Shown: piece after piece, positions 1 through 9,697 of the stretch
Numbering within the stretch: position 1 is the first letter of the stretch
How the letters are laid out: each line of letters begins with the position of its first letter
Source: Chrysemys picta bellii
Lineage: Eukaryota
Length of the DNA: 64,000 nucleotides
Assembly (NCBI RefSeq): GCF_011386835.1
Contig: NC_088807.1
Span: 1,426,001-1,490,000 of the forward strand
Direction of reading: 5' to 3'
The notes under the pieces: generated by a model
Told to the model about the DNA's origin: nothing
Seen by the model: only the letters and a program-made list of their open reading frames with translations
Database searches by the model: none
Translations under genes and position numbers: made by a program

Positions 1-132
1 GGGGGTGTGCTGGGGAACTCGGGGTGGAGAAGGGGGTTGAAGGAGGAGGTGCTGGGGTTTCCCAGTGGGGGGCACCGGGAGCATCTGGCCCAGACCTGCC
101 CTCCCCCCACCCCTCGTGCCAGCTGCACTCAC

Positions 133-858
133 CGTTTTCAGCTTCTTCACAGCCTCTTCGCACACGTGCATCCCCCGGGACTCCTCCACCTCCGCATGGC
201 CCAGGTACTGCAGGGAGCAGAGGTCAGAGCCAGGCCACCCCCCCGGCAAGATCCCAGCGCCCCATTACCCACCCCTGGGTGCAGGACGCCTGGGTTCCCT
301 GCAGGGAGGGGTAGGAGTTGAGCAGGCCCATGTGTGTGGGATGGGGGTGTGTGAATCCCGTGCACACGTGTGTGCATCGCAGGGGAGCTACTGCAAACAT
401 GGGCGTGCAAGCCAAGCGTGCAACCCCCCAGCCCAAGCATGCCCACTGACCCATGTGTGCAAGGCAAGCGTGCACACCCCGGCCTGTGAGAGCAGAATGG
501 GCAACCCCCTGACCCACGTGTGCCGAGTGTGTAACCCCCTGGCCCAAGCGTGCCCATGGACCTGTGTGCACCCTGCTGAGCCGAGCCCGTGCATGACACG
601 TGTGAAAGATACTAGTGCACAGGTGTGCAAGCGGAGGGCGTGCCAGACGTGCCAGCCCGTGGGACTCACCCGCTCTCGTGCCAACGTGCGTGAGCCCCCC
701 CCCCGCCTGACTCACCCGCACGGGGAAGCTGCACTTGCCCCGGCGCACAGCCTCCTCGTCGGCCTGCCACTGGTGGGGCCGGCTGGCCTCGGGCACGTAG
801 GCCGGCTTCTTCCGCCGCAGGCTCTGCCGTAGCTTGTTCATGGCGCCGCCGCCGGGGC
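133..858 (-). CDS. NUMBL: Numb-like protein, two PTB-domain coding exons (gene continues off the left edge)
   Basis: Exon 858-716 (AG at 860-859, GTGAGT donor at 715, ATG at 841) encodes [42 protein letters not shown]. Exon 207-133 (75 nt, CAG/GTGAGT) encodes [25 protein letters not shown]. Both match the NUMB/NUMBL N-terminus; synteny with COQ8B indicates NUMBL. Confidence 0.96.
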
Positions 859-939
859 CTGGGGGGACACGGGGGTGAGCCAACACGCCCGGGGCCAGGA
901 CGCCTGGGTTCTTGCGCAGCTCGGGGAGGAGAGGAGAGG

Positions 940-1290
940 GGAGTGGGGGCTGGTGGGTTAGAGCGGGGGAGGGGGGGGGCTGAGAGCCAGGACTCCTGGG
1001 TTCTCTCCCCAGCTCTGGGAGGGGAGTGGGGGCTGGTGGTTAGAGCAGGGGGGGCTGGGAGCCAGGACTCCTGGGTTCTCTCCCCAGCTCTGGGAGGGGA
1101 GTGGGGGCTGGTGGTTAGAGCAGGGGGGGGCTGGGAGCCAGGACTCCTGGGTTCTCTCCCCAGCTCTGGGAGGGGAGTGGGGGCTGGTGGTTAGAGCAGG
1201 GGGGGCTGGGAGCCAGGACTCCTGGGTTCTCTCCCCAGCTCTGGGAGGGGAGTGGGGGCTAGTGGTTAGAGCTGGGGGGCTGGGAGCCCG
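940..1290 (+). repeat. Tandem ~75-bp tRNA/SINE-head-derived minisatellite (one of about 16 clusters in the window)
   Basis: Unit TAGAGCAGGGGGGGCTGGGAGCCAGGACTCCTGGGTTCTCTCCCCAGCTCTGGGAGGGGAGTGGGGGCTGGTGGT, with starts at 1041, 1116 and 1192. Further clusters at about 3380-3545, 7530-7930, 14075-14400, 15530-15865, 22330-22465, 28210-28430/32461-32590, 33470-33850, 35010-35170, 35450-35810, 38040-38140, 38670-38920, 39700-40000, 41670-42000 and 63915-63960, in both orientations. Confidence 0.9.
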
Positions 1291-2417
1291 ACTGCCCCCA
1301 GGAGCTCCCCATCTGGACAGACACAAGAATCGTTCACGGGGGGCAGGGAGGTCTCTGCCCAGCCAGCCCTAGTCCATGGCGGCTCTGGGGAAGGTGCACC
1401 CCATCTCCGCCCCCCCCCCCAGTTCACACCCCCTCCCTGCCCAAGATGGGTTCTCCCCACTCATCAGACAGCCCCCGGTGCCCCGAAATGGAGCGAGGTT
1501 CAGCGTGTGCCCGAGGCACCAACTGCACGGGGGGGGGGGGGGGACTGTGGGGCCCTGGCACACAGGGGGCATCTGCTGTGGGCCCCACTTCGCCGAGCTG
1601 GCCTGTGCCCCACACAATGCCCCCCAGCTCCTAACAAGGGGCACAAAAGGGGCCCAGATGGAAAAGCCCCCCCCAACCCAGCATCAAACGGACTGTGCCC
1701 TGGGGCAGGGGCCTGAACCCCCCAAGCAGATTGTCGGGGCTGGAGATTGGGGGGCCGTGGCTGGTAGTGGGAGGTGGGCGGGTCAGGCTGGGGGGGGCAG
1801 GGCCGGGGCGGGGGGAAGATGGGGAGGAAGGGGCCAGGCCCACGTCGGGGCCTTGATTTAAAATCGGCCCCAGACAACCGAGTGGCAGCCAGAACAAAAG
1901 GCCGCGGTGGGGGGCCAGCCCCATGGTAACCCCCCTCCCCCCGAGGGAGGCAGCTGCCCCCAATCAGCACAGAGCTCCCGACAGCTGGTCCCCCCCACCC
2001 CACCAGCTGGAGCCGAGCGGGGAGGTCGGGGCCAGGCAAACATTTGGCCAAGGGGGTTTGTTTCCTCAGCTGCTCCCCCCCACCCACCCCGCTGCCCAGC
2101 CCCCAACCCCCCTGCACGCCCGATCTCCTCCCCCTAAATGCCCCCTGCCCCGAGTATGGGGCCGGATTTCCCAGGGGGTGTCCAGCACTGGGAGCTGGGG
2201 TGTTGAGCCTTTGGGGGGGGGAGAGACCCCCCCCAAGCAGGCTAAGGGAATGTGGGGGGTCTCTCCCCACACCCAACAGTCTGGGCAAAATCACGCGCAG
2301 GGAGAATTCGCCTGGGGGGGCGGGGGTCCTGGCTCAGACAAACCAGACCAGGCTGGACAGTGTCTGGGCAGGGGGGGGGGGGGGGGGGGACGACGGACGC
2401 ACGGACTGGAATAGTCA

Positions 2418-2765
2418 AATCAATAACAGACCAACCGCAGCTCCCAGAGACCCTACAACAACAGACCAGCTCCCGGAGCCGCCACGCCCAGAGACCCTAC
2501 ATTAACAGACCAGCCCCCGGAGCCGCAGGGCCCAGAGACCCTACAATAACAGACCAGCCCCCAGAGCCGCCACGCCCAGAGATCCTACAATAACAGACCA
2601 GCCCCCGGAGCCGCCACGCCCAGAGACCCTACAATAACAGACCAGCCCCCGGAGCCGCAGGGCCCAGAGACCCTACAATAACAGACCAGCCCCCGGAGCC
2701 GCAGGGCCCAGAGATCCTACAATAACAGATCAGCCCCCAGAGACCCTACAATAACAGACCAGCCT
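2418..2765. repeat. Minisatellite, ~44-bp unit, about 8 copies (NUMBL intron)
   Basis: GACCCTACAATAACAGACCAGCCCCCGGAGCCGC(AGGGC/CACGC)CCAGA repeated head-to-tail. Confidence 0.9.
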
Positions 2766-5700
2766 GTCCACCCCCTGAAGGGCTGAGCTCCCCAGAGCTT
2801 AGGCCAGCTCCAGGAGGGGGATATAAATATTCCCCATTCACCTCCCCCCCCCATTGGTGCCCAGCTCCCAGCCCTGCGGGAAGTGGGGGAGGAGCTGGGG
2901 GGACCCAGCCCCGACCGCTCCCACGGAGCAGAGCCAAGCGGACGTCTCACCCGGGGATCCATGCGGCAAAGCCGCTGGCATTGTCTGCCCTCGCCCACAG
3001 GAGACCCCCCGTGCCAGTTGCCGCTGGTGGCACACTGGGATTTCTAGCCACATGTGCCCCCCCCCGCCCTGGCACTCACGTATCCCAGTGCCGGGGGCGG
3101 CCTGCAGGGACCCCAGAGCAGAGCCGAGCTCGGGGACCTGCTCCGGCCTGGGACGCAGCCCTGCCGGCGGGGGCAGCTCCAGGGGCCGGTTCCCCTCCGT
3201 GATCCGCTCCAGATGTGGCCACGCAGGGTGGGCCGGGCGGAGCTGCATTTCTGTGGGCACCTGCCAGGGCCCAAAGCAGCTTCGACCCAAAGCTCCTGAC
3301 CCACTTTGGGAGGGAGCTATGCCGGTCACAGGGAAACTGAGTCACGGGACGTGGCCTACCCCACAATGACTCATTGACAGCCTGGAACAGAACCCAGGAG
3401 TCCTGGCTCTCTCCCCCCACAACCAATAGATCCCGCTCTCCTCCCAGAGCTGGGAGAGAACCCAGGAGTCCTGGCTCCCAGCCCCCCCCCGCTCTAACCC
3501 ACCAGCCCCCACTCCCCTCCCAGAGCCGGGGGAGAACCCAGGTGTCCTGCTGTTCCCCTTTGGCTGGAGGCTCCGGCAGCAGCTGGCCTCCGACGTGGCT
3601 CTAACGGATGCTCATAATTCCAGATCGTTTCCCAACTTCCTGTCGGCTCCCGGCCGGCGTCTGGGACCCCTTGAGCTCGGCTGGGTCGGCCCTGGGGAAC
3701 TCGGCGGTTGTCTCTGCCAGGGGCAGGGGAATGGGAGTGCTTCCTGCACACGGCCCCGCGGCGAGCGCTTCCCAGCCTGCCCCATCAGCCCCGCTGCCAA
3801 CCGTCTGCTCCAGGTCCCCAGAACCCCAAAGCCCATCCCCCCTCCTGCTCGGCTGGGCTCCACGGCAGAGAGCCAGGGATTCGCACCCCATTTGCGTAGG
3901 GAAACTAAGGCACCGAGCAATCGCAGTAGCCCGAGGTCAGCACTGCGGAAGCAACAGGGGATTCTGCTAGTTCACCTGGGGGGTGTCAGAGCCCGACGGC
4001 CCCGGCGAGATCCCAGCCTCCGCACAGACTAGAGACAGGATGAATCGCAGCCGTCTCTGGGGTGGGGCGCGGGGACCCGGCGCCAAGATGCAGCCGCCTC
4101 TGGGGCGGGGCAGTTGTTTATGCAGGGAGCTCTCCCCTGCTGGTCCTGGCGTGGCAAGGACCAAGCGCCACAATGTGACCCCTCGAACGTTCCCTCAAAG
4201 CACTTCCCAGACGCCAGCCCTGCTCCGCGGCCGGAGAGCTGGGAGCCACTCATCCCCGAGCCCTTCCTGCGGAGCAGCAGGGAGCGAACCCAGGAGTCCG
4301 GCGGCCTGGGTCCCCCACCCACCCGCCTGCCCAGAGCTGAAGTCGAGCCGCAGAGCCCCGGTCCCCACTGCTCCCCCTCGTGCTGGGCCCTGCACCCAGC
4401 CCCTCCCCAGAGCCAGACGCAGACACTAGGCCTCCCAGGAGCAGCCTGCCAGACACTAGGCTGCAAAATACAGACCCATCGGCTCCCCTGCCCCCCTCCC
4501 CGGGCTCCTGAGTCACCGAGCTTCCAGGGGCCGCATGATTAAGGCAAGCAGCGGAGGGGGGGGCGTTGAGTCTTTTGATCATTGCCTGGGATACGCCACA
4601 TCCTCCTTCCCCAGCAAAATCTGTCACATCCCCAGGCCGGCTGCAGCCGCCACCTGTTCCCAGAGCAAACATGCCCCAGCCTGGGAATTACGGGGCAAGA
4701 AGCCAGAGATCAGAGGGGTCAGGGAAGGGGGAGGGGGGGTTGCACTGGGAAGAGCCCCCTTGCTTTGGGTGTGACAAATATCCGCTCCTCCCCTGCCGGG
4801 GCTGGCACACCCCGCAAGAGATCGGTCACCCCCAGACGTGGTGGCTGCCCCCAAGAAGTAGCTGTTTTGAGGGGTGGGCGTTTCGGCCCCTTCCCCATCC
4901 ACGCGCTCCACAGACAGGCCCATGCAAGCAGCTCCCCTGGGTGCCAGGCTCCCCCGGCCATTCTGGGGTGGCCTGGGATCCCCCCGTTTGTCCACACTCC
5001 CTGGTCTCCTGTGTCTGAAAGAAACCGCCCCGGGCGGGTAACCGGCGCCGATCTCGGGTGGTTTCTTTGCAGCCGAAGGGGGCACGGCCGTGGGGAGACC
5101 CTAAATCCGTTCTCCCGGACGCCGGCTCCTCTTCCGTCCGCACCCCAAGAGTTTACACGCCCCCCACTGGATAGCATCACAGATCAGCGGGCCCAGCCCG
5201 CACGACCCGCCAGCGTCAAGCGGGCCAGACGGGCGCTGTGCAAAGGGGCGCCCCGGGGCGATCGATCGCGCCAGCGTGGTTTGGATCAATCGCCCAGCCC
5301 GCGCCATCTGCCAGCGCTCAGCCCCCCCTCCGCGGCTGCCTCTGGTTTCCAAGGCCCCGAACCACAGTCCTGCCAGATCTGCAAAACGCTAGAAAAATAA
5401 ATGACACATTTCTCCCCCGTGCGGCTCCCACCTTTTTTTTTTTGGGGGGGGGGGGGGGAATTTCCCTTTTCCCAGCACTGACTCCCCCCCCACTTCAGCT
5501 CTGCAAAATCAGTCAAATCCCCCATCCCGACCCAAGGCCCAGACCCCCCCGTTTCCACAGGCCTAGGGAAGGGAGCGACCCAAAGGCCCTGGGGGGCGGG
5601 GGGGGGCACAGACCCCACTCTTATTTCTGTGGCTTTGGAGAAAATAATCGGGGCGGGGGGGGGGAAGCGAGGCCCACAGCCCAGGCTAGGCAGCAGTTCC

Positions 5701-6107
5701 CCTCCCTCCCGGACCCGGCACCAGGGCTGGGGGGGGGACCCCCAGAACTCTCCCCCCCCTCCAGCATGCTGCAGACCGCAGCTAATAAACCCATCCGGTG
5801 CCCCCCCCCGAGAGCAGCCCTGCCCCCCACCCCGACATGGGATCTGTACTAAATGCAGGAAGGGGAGAGGATGGGGGGGGGTCCCGCTTTGTAGAGCCCC
5901 CCCAGCCCCTGTGCAGCCGCCACTCGGGGGGGGCAGCCCCGGGGGGGGCTGGGTTTCGGAGCTGAGCCCCCCCCTTTCCGAGACATTTTTGCAGGGGGGG
6001 GCTGCACCATGGGGGGGGGGGGGGCATTTGCAACGTGCACAAGGCGCGGGGGGGGGGATCGGAGCCCTGCACCCCCCGCCCAGGGCCCCGGGCCGGGCCC
6101 CCCTTAC

Positions 6108-6240
6108 CCGGGCGCTGGCTGGCTCCGCAGGCACCGAGCGGCCCCCCCGGCCGCCCCCGGCTCCGGCTCCGGCCCCGGCCCCGGCCCCTGGTTGCAGTGA
6201 CGCGCACGCGCCGCCTTCGCCTCCCCGGGAGCATTCCAGC
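6108..6240 (-). other. NUMBL: Probable first exon of NUMBL in a CpG island
   Basis: CGG|GTAAGG donor at 6107 and GC/CpG-rich sequence directly below a CCAAT/octamer promoter. The ATG at 6234 gives 127 nt (phase 1), in frame with the 858 exon. Confidence 0.55.
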
Positions 6241-6490
6241 CGCTGGCCACGCCCCCGCCTCACCACTATGCAAAGAGAGCCACGCCCTCCCGTGCGCGAG
6301 GCCTCACGGCCCCGCCCCCTCCATTGGCCACCCCTTGCTCAGCGCCTCTCAGCTCCCCTCCCATTGGCTGTGGCGTCATGAATATGCAAATAGGACTTCG
6401 CTGACCTTACCCCCCCCTTTTTTTTTTTGGTGCAAGAGTCCCTCAGCCTGCTCTCATTGGCCCCCAGGCTCATGCATATGCAAATATACC
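6240..6490 (-). promoter_or_regulatory. NUMBL proximal promoter (3 CCAAT boxes, 2 octamers, GC boxes)
   Basis: ATTGG at 6323, 6363 and 6456; ATGCAAAT at 6384-6391 and 6478-6485; CCCGCCCC at about 6310. Confidence 0.6.
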
Positions 6491-7231
6491 TCCCCCTCCG
6501 TTGATAGGCACAAGGGTTGACCCCCCAGACTGGGCCCGGTGCTCAGAGGCGGGGGGGGGGCATGTGACCCCTTTACCCCTTGGCCACCTTCCTCCGAATA
6601 GACCCCCCCAGACCGCATCCATCACCGGCCCCATCTCACCCCAACCAATTGAGACCCCTGACCAGAGCAAGTGAGAGATGGACCCCCCCCCCACCTGACC
6701 CCTTAGCCCCCCAGATCCCCTCCAGAGTCGGGCGGGGTTGTCGCCGCAGAGAGAAAAGCCCCACCTCAGGGTGCTGCCAGCACAGATCAGAACCGGGCCC
6801 CACGGCCCCTCGCCCGGCCAGGCCCCCCGGTGTTGCTAGTGGCGCCGTTCGATACAGATGGGGGCGGCTTTGTGTGTGTGTGGACGCCCTTAAACCGGTT
6901 CAGACCCGACGGAGGGCAGCTGAGCTAGACGGAGCCACCCGCGGCCACCAGCTCGGTCCATCCGCTGCCACTTCTCTGGCTGGCCCCCCCAGTGCCAGGG
7001 TTTGACTCCGGGGCACCCGTGTCCAGCCAGGGCCTGCAGTTGGCCACGCCAAGGGGCTGAGGTCGAGCCGGGGCCAGCGCCGGCGGGAGCTGTCCCCCAC
7101 GCTCCTTGGAAGCCACGCTGGCGGCAGCTGCTTCCGCGCCCCGCCTGGGCTTTGACCCCACAGGTCGGCCCTCGGCAGCTCCCGGCTTCCTCTGCTCAGC
7201 CGGCTCGCTCGCCTGTGATCCATAACCAGCA

Positions 7232-7353
7232 CAGGGTGACCGGATGTCCCGATTTTATAGAGACAGTCCCGATTTTGGGGTCTTTTTCTTATATAGGCTC
7301 CTATTACCCCCCACCCCATCCTGATTTTTCACATTTGCTGTCTGGTCTCCCTA
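7232..7353. mobile_element. hAT-type MITE, 122 bp
   Basis: Imperfect TIRs CAGGGTGACCGGA ... TCTGGTCTCCCTA and a perfect 8-bp target-site duplication AACCAGCA (7224-7231 and 7354-7361). AT-rich relative to its flanks. Confidence 0.9.
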
Positions 7354-9500
7354 AACCAGCATGGCACTGCCAGCTCTGATGTCATGGGGGGGGGGACTTC
7401 ATGCGGGGAGCGGGGGGCACAGCTGTGAGCCGGGATGGGGCTGTTTGCTCGCACAGGAATGAAAACACTGCCTGGCCAGAGCATTGTTCCAACCCCCCGG
7501 GCAGCACCGTGACAGCCTACACGGGGCAGGACCCCTGGGTTCTCTCCCCACCTCTGGGAGTGGGGTCTGGTGGTTAGAGCAGGGGGGGCTGGGAGCCAGG
7601 ACTCCTGGGCTCTCTCCCTGGCTCTGGGAGTGGGGTCTGGTGGTTAGAGCAGGGGGGCTGGGAGCCAGGACTCCTGGGTTCTCTCCCTGGCTCTGGGAGT
7701 GGGGTCTGGTGGTTAGAGCAGGGGGCTGGGAGCCAGGACACCTGCGTTCTCTCCCCACGTCTGGGAGTGGGGTCTGGTGGTTAGGGCTGGGAGCCAGGAC
7801 TCCTGGGTTCTCTCCCTAGTTCTGGGAGGGGAGTGGGGTCTAGTGATTAGAGCAGGGGGGGCTAGGAGCCAGGACTCCTGGGTTCTCTCCCTGGCTCTGG
7901 GAGTGGGGTCTGGTGGGTAGAGCGGGGGGACCAGGAATCTGGACTGCAGGGGGCTTGTGCCCATCCGTCAGGCAGGCGATAACCAGTTGTGAGCTGCACT
8001 AAATGAAGTTGGCCCAGGAGTGTTGGGCTACGAACCCTCCGCTGCGCAGCAGGGGAGGTCGCTGTGGCCCTGGGATGAACGTGCCAGAGCTGGGGATAGG
8101 ATCCGAGAGTCCTGGCTCCACCGCCCCCCAATGCTGGGACCCTCCGCACCCCACTAACAATAAAGACCAATGAACGACCTCGTGGGCAGAAAGCAGCTCG
8201 CCCCCAGCCCCACGGGCTCGGTGGGGGAGGGAACGGTTAGGGGGTGACGCCCCATCCTGCTGGCCCAGTCGAGAGACGCGAGCCGGGCGCTGGGGGGCTG
8301 AGTTTCCTGCCCAGCTCCGCCAGGGCCTCAGTTTTCCCATCTGAAAAACTGAGATGCTTCTTTGGTTAGACGGTGAGCTCTTTGGGGCAGGGCTCGTTCC
8401 ACCCCGTGTCTGGGCAGCACCTGGCGCGACGGGACCTGATCTCGGCTGGGGTCTGGGCAGCGCCCGGTGCGACGGGACCTGATCTTGCCCGGGGTCTGGG
8501 CAGCGCCCGGTGCGACGGGACCCGATCTCGCCTGGGGGCGATGACTGGAACTGTGACCTAAGGGATTATTTCAGCACGAGACACTCAGGTCTGGCCATGG
8601 CCGCCCGGGTGGAGCTGCGGAGAGCGAACCATCTGGAGCTGGGTTCTGCACGTCCTTGCGGTGGGAAAATCTGCCGTGTTCTTGGGAGCTGCCGTGACGT
8701 TAGCCGGAAACAAACGCTCAGATTAAAACCAGCTGCCTGCTCCCTGCGTGACTCCTGGGGAATGGGCCACGGGGCCTGTCCCCTCTGGGGGGCGCTGGCT
8801 CCGACCCGGCCCCAGGGCGGGGACTGGCTGGCTCAGGGGGGCAGGGAAGGGGCCCGGGGCTGCCCCCTCTAGCGTAGGAGTCTGCCTGGGGCCCGGCGGG
8901 GCAAAGTGCCAGCTCCCGCAGTCAGCAGACGGCAGCAGGAGCTGGTTTCCCGGGGGGCGCACGGCCGGGAACTCCTCTCCGGCAGGCTGGGCTCCCCGGG
9001 GATCCGCGGCGGTTCCCGGAATCGGCTCCTCGCGGCGCTGGGAGGTGCTGGCTGGGGCACTGGGCAGCTCCCTGCTCTGGGGCTGGATTGGCCCAGCGGG
9101 TGAAGCTGCAGCGGGGTGGGGGAGCTGAAGACGGGAGATCAAAGCCTTGGAAAGAGACCAAAAGCGCCTGCCGCTGTCACGGGGCCGGAATCTGGGACAC
9201 TGGGATGGTGCAGAACCGGGGGGGGGAGGGGCTGCAAAGACGGGGGGCCCAACGGGGGGGACCCTAAAATGGGAATCGTGTCTATGTCTTTGCCTGGCTC
9301 TACAGGAACCAGCTGGGGGCTGCAACACTCTGCCCCCCAAGTGCCTCGCACCCAGCTGGGCCAGCCCCTGCCCCCCGCAGCCCTCTCTGTGGGGACAGCA
9401 GTAGCGGGGGCGAAGGGGGAGCACGTGGAATCGGGACCTCCGACTTGGGGAGGGGGGAGCGTCGGGAGAAGAAATCGACAAGGCCCACCCAGGTGTAGGA

Positions 9501-9506
9501 TTTAAT
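9501..9506 (-). terminator. COQ8B poly(A) signal (ATTAAA)
   Basis: TTTAAT on the plus strand, about 190 nt beyond the COQ8B stop codon. No closer hexamer was seen. Confidence 0.55.
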
Positions 9507-9697
9507 GCTCATGGCCCGGCGACAGGACAGCGACGCTGGCGGGCACGGCCTGGCAGGGCCGCGGGCACAGACGGCCCCCGGAGCTCGGCCGAGTTCCCAG
9601 CCCACGGCAGCGAGGGCTGCGGTCGCTTCGGCGCTTCAGATCCCCCAGGTCGGAGTGCAGGGAGGTCCTGTTTGGGGTGCCAGGGCCTGGCCCGGTG

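Noticed and set aside
665-715. Alternative NUMBL donor (CGG|GTGAGTC at 669) as a PTB-insert isoform
   Set aside because: It adds 46 nt (frameshift) and is not at the position of the known NUMB PTB insert.
940-1290. tRNA genes or a CRISPR array in the ~75-bp tandem repeats
   Set aside because: No complete cloverleaf or acceptor stem, a degenerate B-box, and no unique spacers between repeats. The context is eukaryotic introns.
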